A stretch of 39,416 nucleotides of DNA. Source: Candidatus Geohabitans tengchongensis (lineage in GTDB: Bacteria; Sysuimicrobiota; Sysuimicrobiia; Sysuimicrobiales; Humicultoraceae). This document shows, piece by piece, positions 27,597 to 36,925 of the stretch; within the stretch, counting starts at the first letter, position 1, and the number at the start of each line of letters is the position of its first letter. The notes beneath the pieces were generated by a model. That model made no database searches. It was not told where the DNA came from and saw only the letters and a list, made by a program, of their open reading frames with translations. The stretch lies in contig JAVKIH010000023.1 in the NCBI GenBank assembly GCA_031459625.1, forward strand, positions 1 to 39,416, written 5' to 3'. Made by a program: the position numbers and the translations under genes.

Positions 27597-28828
27597 GCCT
27601 GAGGGCCGCCTACGGCACATTGCACCTCGACGACGTCCGTGGCCGGCTGGACCCCGCGGAGGTGGAGCGCCTGGCCGCCCGCCTGGTGGCCTCCCCGAGC
27701 TGGGGCCCCGAGACCGGGTGGGAGGCGTCGATCGCGGGCATCCTCGAGGACGTGTGCCAGGCGGCCGGTCTGACCGTCCGAGAGCAGCCAATCGGCCAGG
27801 GGCGACGTAACCTGCTGGCGGTGTTGCCGGGCGAAGCCGAGGGTCCCGCTCTCTTGCTGCTCAACGGCCACATGGACACCGTACCTCCCTCGGCCCAGAT
27901 GACCCGACCCCCCTTTGCCGCCGTCGTCGAGGACGGACGCCTGTGGGGCCGGGGTGCCGCCGACATGAAAGGCGGCCTGGCGGCCATGACCTGCGCACTG
28001 GTCGCCCTCCGGCGGTCCGGCTTCCGCCCCCTGAGCCCCGTGGTCCTGACGGCGGTCGCCGCGGAGGAAACGGGGAACCTCGGGACGGCGGCTCTCGTGC
28101 GCGCCGGGCCGCCTGCGCGGGCGGCGGTCGTAGGGGAGCCGACGCGGCTCCACGTGGTCACCGCCCACAAGGGGGTCGATCGCTATCGGGTAACGGTTCG
28201 GGGACGGGCGGCCCACGGTAGCACCCCCGAGCGAGGGGTGAACGCCATCGTGCAGGCCGCCCGAGTCATTGTGGCCATCGAGGAACGCCTGCGGGATGCC
28301 TGGGCCGCACAGCGCCACCCCCTGCTCGGGACGGCCACCCTGAACATTGGGACGATTCAGGGAGGGATCAGCCGGAACGCCGTCCCCGACCGGTGCGTGT
28401 TTCAGGTGGAAAAGCGGTGGCTACCCGGGGACGCGCCGGAGTCCATCCGGGCCGACCTGGAGCGCGTCATCCAGGAGACCATCGGGTGTGGATGGGCGGA
28501 GGTGGCCCGCGAGCCCGAGTTCGAGCGCATCCCGCATCCACCGCTCGACCTCCCCCGCAATCACCCTCTCGTGGGAGCTGCACTAGCCGCTCTCGGCGAA
28601 GTCCGGGGCGTCCAACCGGACCTCGCCGTCCTCCCCGCCTTCACGGATGCAGCCCTCCTCCAGGCTGCCGGGACGCCGACCATCGTCTGCGGCCCAGGAG
28701 ACCTGGCGGTGGCCCACGCGGACGACGAGCATGTCCCGACCGCCGAGTTATACGATGCGGCCCTCGCCTATGCAGCGCTCACGCTGATCCTGGCCGAGGA
28801 AGAGCGGCAGGGTCGCCGTGCCGGCTGA
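27593..28828 (+). CDS. M20-family metallo-amidohydrolase (ArgE/DapE-like)
   Basis: LNGHMDTV, GRGAADMKGG, AEE, VGEPT, GRAAHGS, AHADDE motifs; ATGA overlap. Confidence 0.9.
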   Translation: MSLRAAYGTLHLDDVRGRLDPAEVERLAARLVASPSWGPETGWEASIAGILEDVCQAAGLTVREQPIGQGRRNLLAVLPGEAEGPALLLLNGHMDTVPPSAQMTRPPFAAVVEDGRLWGRGAADMKGGLAAMTCALVALRRSGFRPLSPVVLTAVAAEETGNLGTAALVRAGPPARAAVVGEPTRLHVVTAHKGVDRYRVTVRGRAAHGSTPERGVNAIVQAARVIVAIEERLRDAWAAQRHPLLGTATLNIGTIQGGISRNAVPDRCVFQVEKRWLPGDAPESIRADLERVIQETIGCGWAEVAREPEFERIPHPPLDLPRNHPLVGAALAALGEVRGVQPDLAVLPAFTDAALLQAAGTPTIVCGPGDLAVAHADDEHVPTAELYDAALAYAALTLILAEEERQGRRAG

Positions 28829-28893
28829 CCTGCGGGGCACCGTACCCGCGCTGGTCACCCCCTCCAGGTCGGGCCGCGCCGGGCCGGTGTCCT

Positions 28894-31029
28894 TCACGCT
28901 CGTCCTCGGACGGCGGGCGCATAGAGCTGGCCCACGTACTCCTCCAGCACCCGGTGGGTGTTGTAGCGCGGGCAGAGCCGGCGGATCGCGGTCTTGACCC
29001 GGGCGAGCCAGCGGCGCGGCAGCGCCCCGTCGCGGTCGTAGAAGAGCGGCACCACCTCCTGCTCCAGCAGGCGCAGCAACGCGTCGGCGTCGCGCGCGTC
29101 CTGCTCCTCGACCCCCAGGCCGTCCGTGACCGGCAGGGCCCAGCCGATGGCGTCCTCGGGGACGAGCCGCACCGCCTCCTCCCACCACCCGTCCAGGGTG
29201 CTCAGGTGGAGGGCGCCGTTCGCCACGGCCTTCATGCCGCTGGTCCCGCTGGCCTCCTCGGGACGCCGCGGCGTGTTGAGCCACAGGTCGGCGCCCTGCA
29301 CCAGCGCCGCGGCCAGGGCCAGGTCGTACTCCTCCAGGAAGACCACCCGGCCCCGGAAGCGCTCGTCCCGCGCGCGCGCCACGACCTCCTGGACCAGCGC
29401 CTTCCCTTCCTCATGGCGCGGGTGGGCCTTGCCGGCGAAGACGACCTGAACAGGCCGCGCGGGGTCGCCCAGGAGCCGCGCCAGCCGCTCGGGGTCGCGC
29501 AGGAGCAGCGTGGCGCGCTTGTAGGTGGCGAAGCGGCGGGCGAAGCCGATCGTGAAGGTCTCGGGGTCGAGGGGGCGTAGGGCGACGGCGCCCTCGCCGC
29601 GGGCCAGACGGGCGTTCACCAGGTCGACGAGCGCGCGGCGCTGTGCGGCCCGGGCCTCCCACAGCGCCTCGTCGGGCACCGCCGCCAGCGGCCGCCACAC
29701 CTCGGGGTCGTGCGGACGGTGGCGCCACGCCGCCCCCAGGTGGGCGTCGAAGAGGCGCGCCATCGCCGGGCCGACCCAGGAGGCGAGGTGGACGCCGTTC
29801 GTCACGTGCCCGATGGGCACCTCCGCCTCCCCCACCTCGGGCCAGAGCCGACGCCACATGCGCCGCGTGACGGCCTCGTGCAGCGGGCTCACCGCCGTGC
29901 GGCGGGCCGAGCAGCGCATGGCCAGGGCGGTCATCGAGAAGGGCTCGCGGGGGTCGGCGGGGTCGACGCGGCCCAGGGCCACCAGGGCGTCCGGCTCCAC
30001 CCCCGCCGCGACGGCCAGCGGCCCCAGGTAGCGGTGCGCCAGGTCGGGCGGGAAGAGGTCGTGGCCGGCGGGCACCGGCGTGTGCGTGGTGAAGACCACG
30101 GAAGCGGCGGAGCGGCGGCAGGCCTCCTCGAAGGGCAGGCCCACCTCGCGCCACGCCCGCAGCCGCTCCAGGACGAGCAGGGCGGAGTGCCCTTCGTTCA
30201 GGTGGAAGACCTCCGCCCTGACGCCCAGCGCGGCCAGGGCGCGGTGGCCGCCCACCCCGAGCAGCAGCTCCTGCTGGAGACGGGTCTCCTGGTCTCCGTC
30301 GTAGAGGCGGGCGGCGATCCGCCGGTCCTCGGGCGTGTTCTGGGGGAGCGCGGCGTCGAGCAGGAGCAGGGTGGCCCGCCCCACCCGCGCCTGCCAGATC
30401 TGCAACGCCACCTCGCGGCCGGGGAAGGGCACGGTGACGATGACGGACCCCCCGTCGGCCCCGCGGACGGGCTCCAGCGGCAGCGTCCCGGGATCGACGG
30501 GATCGTAGGCCTCGTGCTGGCGGCCTGCCGCGTCGAGGACCTGCCGGAAGTACCCCTCGCGGTAGAGGAGGGTGACGCCGACCACCGGGAGGCCCAGGTC
30601 GCTGGCGGACTTGAGCACGTCGCCGGCCAGCACGCCCAACCCCCCGGCGTAGGTGGGCAGACAGGGCGCCAGGGCGAACTCCGCGGACGCGTAGGCGACG
30701 ACACCGGGCGCGCGCGCGCCGTCGCCGGCAGACACGGCGGGCGGGCGCACCGCCGCCTGGAACGCCGCCAGGACCTCGGTGCAGGCCGCCTGGAAGGCGG
30801 GGTCCTCTGCCGCCGCCCGGAGGCGCTCCTCCTCCACCTCGCGGAGCACCGCCACCGGGTTGTGGCGCGAGCGCGCCCAGCACTCGGGATCGAGCTGCGC
30901 GAAGAGGCGGGAAGCCTCCGGATGCCACGCCCACCACAGGTTGTACGCCAGGTCCCACAGGCCGGAGAGGCCGGCCGGCAGCCGCCGCGGGCGGACGGGC
31001 GTGGTCGTAGAGGGCGTCCAGTCGCTCAA
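28894..31029 (-). CDS. glgP: Alpha-glucan (glycogen) phosphorylase
   Basis: LAYNLWWAW, YAGGLGVLAGD, HLNEGH, FTTHTPVPAGHD, GFARRFATYKR, EASGTSGMK (PLP lysine), LDGWW motifs. Confidence 0.93.
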   Translation of the reverse strand: MSDWTPSTTTPVRPRRLPAGLSGLWDLAYNLWWAWHPEASRLFAQLDPECWARSRHNPVAVLREVEEERLRAAAEDPAFQAACTEVLAAFQAAVRPPAVSAGDGARAPGVVAYASAEFALAPCLPTYAGGLGVLAGDVLKSASDLGLPVVGVTLLYREGYFRQVLDAAGRQHEAYDPVDPGTLPLEPVRGADGGSVIVTVPFPGREVALQIWQARVGRATLLLLDAALPQNTPEDRRIAARLYDGDQETRLQQELLLGVGGHRALAALGVRAEVFHLNEGHSALLVLERLRAWREVGLPFEEACRRSAASVVFTTHTPVPAGHDLFPPDLAHRYLGPLAVAAGVEPDALVALGRVDPADPREPFSMTALAMRCSARRTAVSPLHEAVTRRMWRRLWPEVGEAEVPIGHVTNGVHLASWVGPAMARLFDAHLGAAWRHRPHDPEVWRPLAAVPDEALWEARAAQRRALVDLVNARLARGEGAVALRPLDPETFTIGFARRFATYKRATLLLRDPERLARLLGDPARPVQVVFAGKAHPRHEEGKALVQEVVARARDERFRGRVVFLEEYDLALAAALVQGADLWLNTPRRPEEASGTSGMKAVANGALHLSTLDGWWEEAVRLVPEDAIGWALPVTDGLGVEEQDARDADALLRLLEQEVVPLFYDRDGALPRRWLARVKTAIRRLCPRYNTHRVLEEYVGQLYAPAVRGRA

Positions 31030-31071
31030 GGCACGCCACCTCGCTCTCGCTGGGTGTGAGCCCCGGGACGC

Positions 31072-32532
31072 TCAGTGGAGCGCGGCCGCCTGCGCCCGCT
31101 CGACCGTCAGCGCGTAGAGGTCGGCGTAGCGCCGGGCGCTCCGGTCCCAGGAGAAGTCCTGCCGCATGGCCGTCTGCTGCAGCCGGTACCAGGTGGGCCC
31201 GTCGCGGTAGGCCGCCAGGGCCCGGCTCAGCGCGGTCTGCAGCGCCTCCGGGGCGTAGGCGTCGAAGACGAACCCGGTCGCCCGCCCCTGGGCCACGGCG
31301 TCGGGGGTCGCATCGACCACCGAGTCCGCCAGCCCGCCGGTGCGCCGCACCACGGGCAGCGTCCCGTAGCGCATGCTGTAGAGCTGGTTCAACCCCGACG
31401 GTTCGAAGCGCGAGGGCATGAGGAAAAAGTCCGCCCCGGCCTCGATGCGGTGGGCCAGCGGCTCGTCGAAGCCGAAGGCCACGGCGACGCGACGGGGGTG
31501 GGCGCGCGCCAGCGCCTCGAACCGCTCCTGGTAGCGGGCTTCACCGGTGCCCAGGAGGACGAACTGCGCTCCCTGCGCCACGAGCCAGGGGAGCACGGCC
31601 GTGACGAGATCGCAGCCCTTCTGCTCGGTGAGGCGGCTGACCATCCCCACCAGCGGGGCGTAGGGCAGAGGACGCAGGCCGCGCTCGCGTTGCAGCGCCC
31701 GTTTGCACCGCCGCTTACCCTCCAGGTCGTCGGGGCCGTACCGGGCCGGCAGGTGGGGGGCCACCCGCGGGTCCCAGCGGGTGTAGTCGACGCCGTTGAG
31801 GACGCCGAAGAGGTCGGCGCTGCGCCGCCGCAGAACCCCGTCGAGCCCGGCCCCGTACTCCGGCGTCTGGATCTCCCGCGCGTAGGTCTCGCTCACCGTG
31901 CTGAGCACATCGGCGTAGACGAGCCCCGCCTTGAGACAGTTCACCTGGCCCCAGAACTCCAGCCCCTCCGGAGTGAAGTACTCGGCGGGCAGCCCGAGGA
32001 AGCCGAACTGCTCGCCGGGGAAGACCCCCTGCATCGCCACGTTGTGGACCGTGAAGAGCACCGGCCAGGCGGGCTGGCGGGTGCAGCGCCGCCGGTGGAC
32101 GTAGGCGGCCACGAGCGCGGCGTGCCAGTCGTGCGCGTGGACCAGGTCGGGGGCGAAGAGCGTCTCGGCCACCACCAGCGCCGCCTGGCTGAAGAAGGCG
32201 AAGCGCACGAGGTTGTCCTCGTAGTCGCGCACGCCGTCGCCGTACACCCCGGGGCGGTCGAAGAACGGCGGGCAGTCGACGAAGTAGACGGGCACGCCGG
32301 CGGGCGACGTGGTGGTGAGCACCGCCCCCTCGACGGTGCGACCGCCGATGGGCAGGCGCAACGGCTGCGCCCGGTCCAGCCCCGCCGGTGAGACGGCCCG
32401 GTAGCGGGGCAGGACCAGGCGGACGTCGTGCCCCAGCCCCCGCAGGGCCGCGGGCAGCGCCCCCGCGACGTCGGCCAGCCCGCCGGTTTTCACGTAAGGG
32501 ACGGCCTCGGCGACCGCGAAGAGGACCTTCAC
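31072..32532 (-). CDS. glgA: Glycogen synthase
   Basis: KTGGLADV, HAHDWH, FTVHN, SRLTEQKG, MPSRFEPSGLNQ, TGGLADSV, DFSW motifs. Confidence 0.95.
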   Translation of the reverse strand: MKVLFAVAEAVPYVKTGGLADVAGALPAALRGLGHDVRLVLPRYRAVSPAGLDRAQPLRLPIGGRTVEGAVLTTTSPAGVPVYFVDCPPFFDRPGVYGDGVRDYEDNLVRFAFFSQAALVVAETLFAPDLVHAHDWHAALVAAYVHRRRCTRQPAWPVLFTVHNVAMQGVFPGEQFGFLGLPAEYFTPEGLEFWGQVNCLKAGLVYADVLSTVSETYAREIQTPEYGAGLDGVLRRRSADLFGVLNGVDYTRWDPRVAPHLPARYGPDDLEGKRRCKRALQRERGLRPLPYAPLVGMVSRLTEQKGCDLVTAVLPWLVAQGAQFVLLGTGEARYQERFEALARAHPRRVAVAFGFDEPLAHRIEAGADFFLMPSRFEPSGLNQLYSMRYGTLPVVRRTGGLADSVVDATPDAVAQGRATGFVFDAYAPEALQTALSRALAAYRDGPTWYRLQQTAMRQDFSWDRSARRYADLYALTVERAQAAALH

Positions 32533-32556
32533 TGCTCCCCAGGGTATCGGTCGCGT

Positions 32557-33975
32557 TTACCTATCGTCAATGTCGACCGGCTCCACCAGCCCCACCATCA
32601 GGTCGTTCACGTTGGTGAGCGTCGGTCCGGTGACGACCAGGTCCCCCAGCGCCTCGAAGAAGGGATAAGCGTCGTTCCGCTCCAGGGCGGCCAGCGGGTC
32701 GAGCCCGCGGGCCCGCGCGCGGGCCAGGGTCGTGCCGTCGGCCACCGCGCCCGCGGCGTCGGTGGGACCGTCGGTGCCGTCGGTCCCCGCGGCCAGCACG
32801 AGCACGCCGGGGAGGCCGTCGAGCTCCAGGGCGGCACCCAGCGCGAACTCCTGGTTCCGCCCGCCCCGGCCGGGCCCGCGCACCGTGACGGTGGTCTCCC
32901 CGCCCTGGAGCAGGCAGACCGGCCGCCCCTCTCTCCTTTCCCACCGGCCACCCTCCCGATCACCTGGAGGCGCACGTCCCTCGCGCACGGCGCGCAGGAG
33001 CCGCCCGAAGGCGCGCCCGGCCTCCCGGGCCTCCCCCTCGACGGTGACCGAGAGGACCGAGGTGAGATAGCCGAGCTCGCCGGCCCGTCTGGCGGCGGCC
33101 TCGACCGCCCGCCGGAGGTCCGCGACGACGGCGGCCCGCGCCAGGGCGAAGACGGGGTCGCCGGGCTTGGGCGTCTCGGGGTGGCGTCCCGCCCGGCCGC
33201 TCTCCAGGTAGGCGCGCGCCCCGAGGGGCACGCGCTGGAGCACGCCCCGTCGGGAGAGGACCTCGAGGGCATCGGCGAAGGTGGTGGGGTCGGGGACGGT
33301 CGGGCCCGAGGCGATCACGTCCAGCGGGTTGCCGAGCACGTCGGAGAGGGCGAGCGTCACCGACCGCGCCGGGGCGAGGTGCCGGGCCAGCCAGCCGCCT
33401 TTCAGGCGGGAGAGGTGCTTGCGGACGGCGTTGAGCTCGCCGATCGGCGCGCCGGCCCGCAGGAGGAGGTCGGTGACCTCCCGCTTGTCCTCCAGCGTGA
33501 CGCCGGGGGCGGGTGCGGTCAGCAGGGCCGACCCGCCGCCGGAGAGGAGCACCAGGACCAGGTCGTCGGCATCCGCCTGCCGCGCCAGGCGGATCACCGC
33601 TTCCCCCGCGGCGACGCCGGCGGCATCAGGGTGAGGGTGTCCGGCCTCCAGGACGCGCACCCGGCGGGTGGGGACGACGTGGCCGTACTTCACGGCCACG
33701 ACGCCGCCGCTGAGCCGGTCCTCCAGGACCTCCTCGACGGCCGCGGCCATCGCCGCCGCCGCCTTGCCGCCGCCGGTGACCCAGACGTGCCGCACCGCGT
33801 CGAGGTCGAGGACCTCGCCGGCGGCGTCGAGGCGGCCTCCTTCCCGCACGAGCGCCCGCCGCACCGCACCGCCGGCGTCGGCGGCGTCGAGGGCGGCCCA
33901 GAGCACCGCGACGGCGTCCCGGCGCAGTCCGGCCGTCTGGCGGCCCTGGAAGAAAGTGTGCGGGAGGGCGCGCAT
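32557..33975 (-). CDS. Glycerate 2-kinase / hydroxypyruvate reductase, MOFRL (TtuD/GckA) family
   Basis: GKAA, AGHPHPD, LSGGGSAL, VRKHLSRLKGG, SDV, IASGPT, GGETTV, GGRNQE, DGTDG, TNVND motifs; ATG 33975 preferred. Confidence 0.9.
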   Translation of the reverse strand: MRALPHTFFQGRQTAGLRRDAVAVLWAALDAADAGGAVRRALVREGGRLDAAGEVLDLDAVRHVWVTGGGKAAAAMAAAVEEVLEDRLSGGVVAVKYGHVVPTRRVRVLEAGHPHPDAAGVAAGEAVIRLARQADADDLVLVLLSGGGSALLTAPAPGVTLEDKREVTDLLLRAGAPIGELNAVRKHLSRLKGGWLARHLAPARSVTLALSDVLGNPLDVIASGPTVPDPTTFADALEVLSRRGVLQRVPLGARAYLESGRAGRHPETPKPGDPVFALARAAVVADLRRAVEAAARRAGELGYLTSVLSVTVEGEAREAGRAFGRLLRAVREGRAPPGDREGGRWERREGRPVCLLQGGETTVTVRGPGRGGRNQEFALGAALELDGLPGVLVLAAGTDGTDGPTDAAGAVADGTTLARARARGLDPLAALERNDAYPFFEALGDLVVTGPTLTNVNDLMVGLVEPVDIDDR

Positions 33976-33995
33976 CTGCCGCCGATCAGCCACCG

Positions 33996-34065
33996 CCGTC
34001 GACCCCCTCTCGGTTCCCGCCGTCCTCTCAGTTCCCACCGTCGACCCCGCTCTCAGTTCCCGCCG
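33996..34065. repeat. Three degenerate tandem repeats (18-25 bp, core CTCTCRGTTCCC)
   Basis: ccgtcgaccccctctcggttcccg / ccgtcctctcagttccca / ccgtcgaccccgctctcagttcccg, directly adjacent to each other. Confidence 0.7.
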
Positions 34066-34115
34066 ATCCCCGGAGCGCAGGTCCGGTGCGGGACGGCACG
34101 ATGCCGGGGGGACCC

Positions 34116-34883
34116 TCAGGCCAGGGCGATCGGCGGGCCGGCGGCGTTGGGGCGGACCGCCTCGACGCGCGCGGCCGGCAGCCCCTCGCGCCTCCGGGCC
34201 TCGAGGACGACGTCACGCGCCAGCGGGGCCAGGTTGTTCACCTCGCTCAGGTGGGTGAGCACGACGGCACGGGCGCGCGGCGCCCAGGAAGCCGCCAGGG
34301 CGGCGCCTTCGTTGGAGAGGTGTCCCGTGGGGGCGATGATGCGGTTCTTCAGGAACCAGGGGTAGCCGCTCACGCCCAGCAGGCGCAGGTCGTAGTTGGC
34401 CTCCAGCACCAGGACGTCCGCGTCGGCCACGCGCTCGCGCAGCGCCCCGGTGGGCGCGCCCAGGTCCACGGCGATCACCACCACGCCGTCAGGCCCGGTC
34501 AGCCGGAACCCCACCGGGTCGGCGGCATCGTGCGGGACCGGGAAGGCCTCCACCGTCAACGCGCCCACGCGCAGGGCGCCACCGGCCTGGATCGGCTCGC
34601 CCAGATCGCCGGTGAGGAAGCGCGCCGCCGCCTGCAACGTCGCTGCGGTGGCCAGCACGGGGGCGGCGGCTAGGCGGGCCACGGCGCCCGCGCCCCGGGC
34701 GTGGTCGTCGTGCTCGTGGGTCAGCAGCACCGCGTCCAGGTCCGCCGGGGTGATGTGCAGCGGGGCCAGCTCGCGCGCGACGACCTCGAGCGGCACGCCG
34801 GCGTCCACCAGGAGGCGGGTGCCGCCCAGCTCGACGTAGCAGGCATTCCCGCCGCTGCCGCTGCGCAGGACCTTGACGAGCAC
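34116..34883 (-). CDS. MBL-fold hydrolase, YycJ/WalJ-like
   Basis: SGSGGNA, LVDAG, LLTHEHDDH, VPHDAADPVGF, LEANYD, GHLSN, HLSEVNN motifs. Confidence 0.88.
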   Translation of the reverse strand: MLVKVLRSGSGGNACYVELGGTRLLVDAGVPLEVVARELAPLHITPADLDAVLLTHEHDDHARGAGAVARLAAAPVLATAATLQAAARFLTGDLGEPIQAGGALRVGALTVEAFPVPHDAADPVGFRLTGPDGVVVIAVDLGAPTGALRERVADADVLVLEANYDLRLLGVSGYPWFLKNRIIAPTGHLSNEGAALAASWAPRARAVVLTHLSEVNNLAPLARDVVLEARRREGLPAARVEAVRPNAAGPPIALA

Positions 34884-34913
34884 GCCGCCTCCCTCACCCG
34901 TCCCCGAGCCCGG

Positions 34914-35294
34914 CTACTCGTACCCGAGCTCGGCGAGCCGTTCCTCGTCGAAGCCGAAGTGGTGGGCGACCTCGTGGATGATGGTCGTGCGGACCTCCTC
35001 GCGGATCTCCTCCTCCGTGTCGCAGGCCTCCTCCAGCGGCCCCTGGAAGATGGTGATCCGGTCGGGCAGCAGCGGCTCGGCCAGCACGCCCCGCTCCACG
35101 AGCGGCGTCCCCTCGTACAGGCCGAACAGGAGGTCGTCCGGCCCCAGCCCCACGCTGGCCAGCTGCTCGGGCGTGGGCCAGGCCTCCACCACGACCGCCA
35201 CGTTCTCCATCCGCTGCCGCAGAGGGAGCGGGATGCTCTCCAGGGCCTCCAGGACGAGCTGCTCGAAGCGCCGCCGGCTCAACCGGAGCCCCAT
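34914..35294 (-). CDS. Zincin-like metallopeptidase-family protein (DUF1025/Zincin_1 type)
   Basis: LFGLYEGTPL, LPDRITIFQGPL, HEVAHHFG (HExxH). Confidence 0.85.
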   Translation of the reverse strand: MGLRLSRRRFEQLVLEALESIPLPLRQRMENVAVVVEAWPTPEQLASVGLGPDDLLFGLYEGTPLVERGVLAEPLLPDRITIFQGPLEEACDTEEEIREEVRTTIIHEVAHHFGFDEERLAELGYE

Positions 35295-35316
35295 GCGGAC
35301 CCACCGGGGCCGCGAC

Positions 35317-35613
35317 CTACTCGGGCCACCGGCGCAGGAGGAAGTCCCGGCCCCCCACCTCGACCAGGTCCGCGATCTCCACCATCAGGTCGCGGTACTC
35401 CTCCTGCTGGCGCAGCGCCTCGAAGGCCTCCTCATAGGCGGCGAGGCTCGGCCACTCGGTCTCCCAGGTCACGGTGAAGAGCTCCCCGGAGAGGTCGGTG
35501 TAGATGCGGGCACGCCGCTCGTCGGCCATCGTCACGGAGAGACCCTTGAGGAGCTCGACGACGGTGCTGGCCGCGCCCCACTTGGTGCGGAACCAGGTGC
35601 GCACGACGATCAT
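35317..35613 (-). CDS. Small conserved hypothetical protein, possibly NIPSNAP-like dimeric alpha/beta barrel
   Basis: 98 aa with good codon bias; RIYTDLSGELFTVTWETEWPSLAAYE pattern; fold assignment is tentative. Confidence 0.65.
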   Translation of the reverse strand: MIVVRTWFRTKWGAASTVVELLKGLSVTMADERRARIYTDLSGELFTVTWETEWPSLAAYEEAFEALRQQEEYRDLMVEIADLVEVGGRDFLLRRWPE

Positions 35614-35832
35614 GCGGTGGTGTGTTCGTCAGACACCGCCCCGCTCCCTGTCGTCGTCCGAGGCGGCTGGGCGGGCCGCTCCCCGCCCGCGTGGTCGCGA
35701 TCGAGCCGATGCCTCCCGGGCGGCGCCCGGCGAGTCCTACGCTGCCAGGTGAACCCTGCCTGGCGGGAGGAGCAAGATCGGCCGGACGGGTGAGGGGGAG
35801 CCTCCCTGCCGCGCCGCTACGCTACCCGACGT

Positions 35833-36768
35833 ATGCACCTGCCGGCCCGTGCCAGCGCCGTCCGGCGCGCCCGCCTGGCGGTCCGCCCCCTCACCTGTCC
35901 CCCGGTCGAGGTCCCGGCGGCGCCGACCGGCACCCTCCGCCGGCTGACGGGCCTGCTGCTCGGCGCCGGGGCCTTCTTCCTCTTCATCCTGGCGATCGAG
36001 CTGCTGAAGACCGGGGCCCGCGGCCTGACCGGTATCCTCCAGGGGCTGTCCGTCCACGGCGTGGCCAACGTCCTGGGCTTCGGGTGGGTGATCTCCATGG
36101 TCACGACGGCCACGATCTACCTGCCGGCGATGGCGCTGGGAGCCCTCGCCCTGCGGGCGGGATGGCTGGACGGCGTGCGCTTCGGCTCGCCGGTCCTCCT
36201 CGCCTCCGTGATCGACCTCCTCTTCGACCCGCTCACCGCCTCAGCCCGTGCCCAGCTGCCCGGCCTGGCGGTCTTCGCCCTGGGGTTCGCCACGATGCTG
36301 GGAGCCTTTCGCCTGTTCGACCGCGTGCTCCCCGAGGTCCGTAGCGACATCGTCGAGCAGCGGTGGGGCCGGTGGCTCGCCCGCCCCTTCACCACCTTTG
36401 CGCTCGGCCTGCTGGTGACCTCGGTGACCCTTTCCGTCTCGGTCTCCCTCTCCCTGCTCGTCCCGCTCGCCGCCCGAGGGTACATCAGGCGTGGGCACGT
36501 CATCCCCTACATCATGGGCGCGAACATCTCCACCTTCGTGGACACGCCCTTCGCCTCGCTGCTTGTCCGCACGCCGGTGGCCTTCACCATCGTCCTGACG
36601 GAGATGGTCTCGGTGGCGCTGGTCTCGCTGGCGGTCCTGGTGCTGGGGTTCCGTCCCTACCGGGACGCGCTGCTGGCCTTCAACAAACGGGTGACGACGA
36701 GCCGGCTGCGCTTCTCCCTCTTCGTGGCGACCCTCGCCCTGGTCCCGCTGGCGCTGCTGCTGCTCTAG
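35833..36768 (+). CDS. Na+/phosphate cotransporter-like membrane protein, possibly internally deleted
   Basis: FLFILAIELLKTGA, TSVTLSVSVSLSLLVPL, PYIMGANISTFVD match the second Na/Pi repeat; the equivalent first-repeat motifs appear to be missing. Confidence 0.65.
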   Translation: MHLPARASAVRRARLAVRPLTCPPVEVPAAPTGTLRRLTGLLLGAGAFFLFILAIELLKTGARGLTGILQGLSVHGVANVLGFGWVISMVTTATIYLPAMALGALALRAGWLDGVRFGSPVLLASVIDLLFDPLTASARAQLPGLAVFALGFATMLGAFRLFDRVLPEVRSDIVEQRWGRWLARPFTTFALGLLVTSVTLSVSVSLSLLVPLAARGYIRRGHVIPYIMGANISTFVDTPFASLLVRTPVAFTIVLTEMVSVALVSLAVLVLGFRPYRDALLAFNKRVTTSRLRFSLFVATLALVPLALLLL

Positions 36769-36925
36769 CCGGCCCCCGCGGCCGCTGGGACTCCGGCGGC
36801 GCGCTACCGGTCCAACCGTCCGCACGTCCTCGCAGCCACACGTGCGGAAGACCGCTGCGACGTCGTGATGGAGCTCGTGCTCGAGCGCCACCGTGTCTCC
36901 GTCCCCGGTGAGGCTTTCCCCTCGT

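Noticed and set aside
35740..35800. GTGAACC...GGAGGAGCA and a GCCAGG/CCTGGC hairpin suggested SRP RNA or a riboswitch
   Set aside because: Lacks the conserved SRP CAGG-n-CCGGAAGG-n-AGCAG core and matches no riboswitch consensus I can recognise.
36770..36891. Minus-strand SD + GTG start reading MALEHELHHDVAAVFRTCGCEDV (ORF 36241..36891)
   Set aside because: The rest of the ORF is antisense to the symporter gene, and no family is recognisable in the free part.
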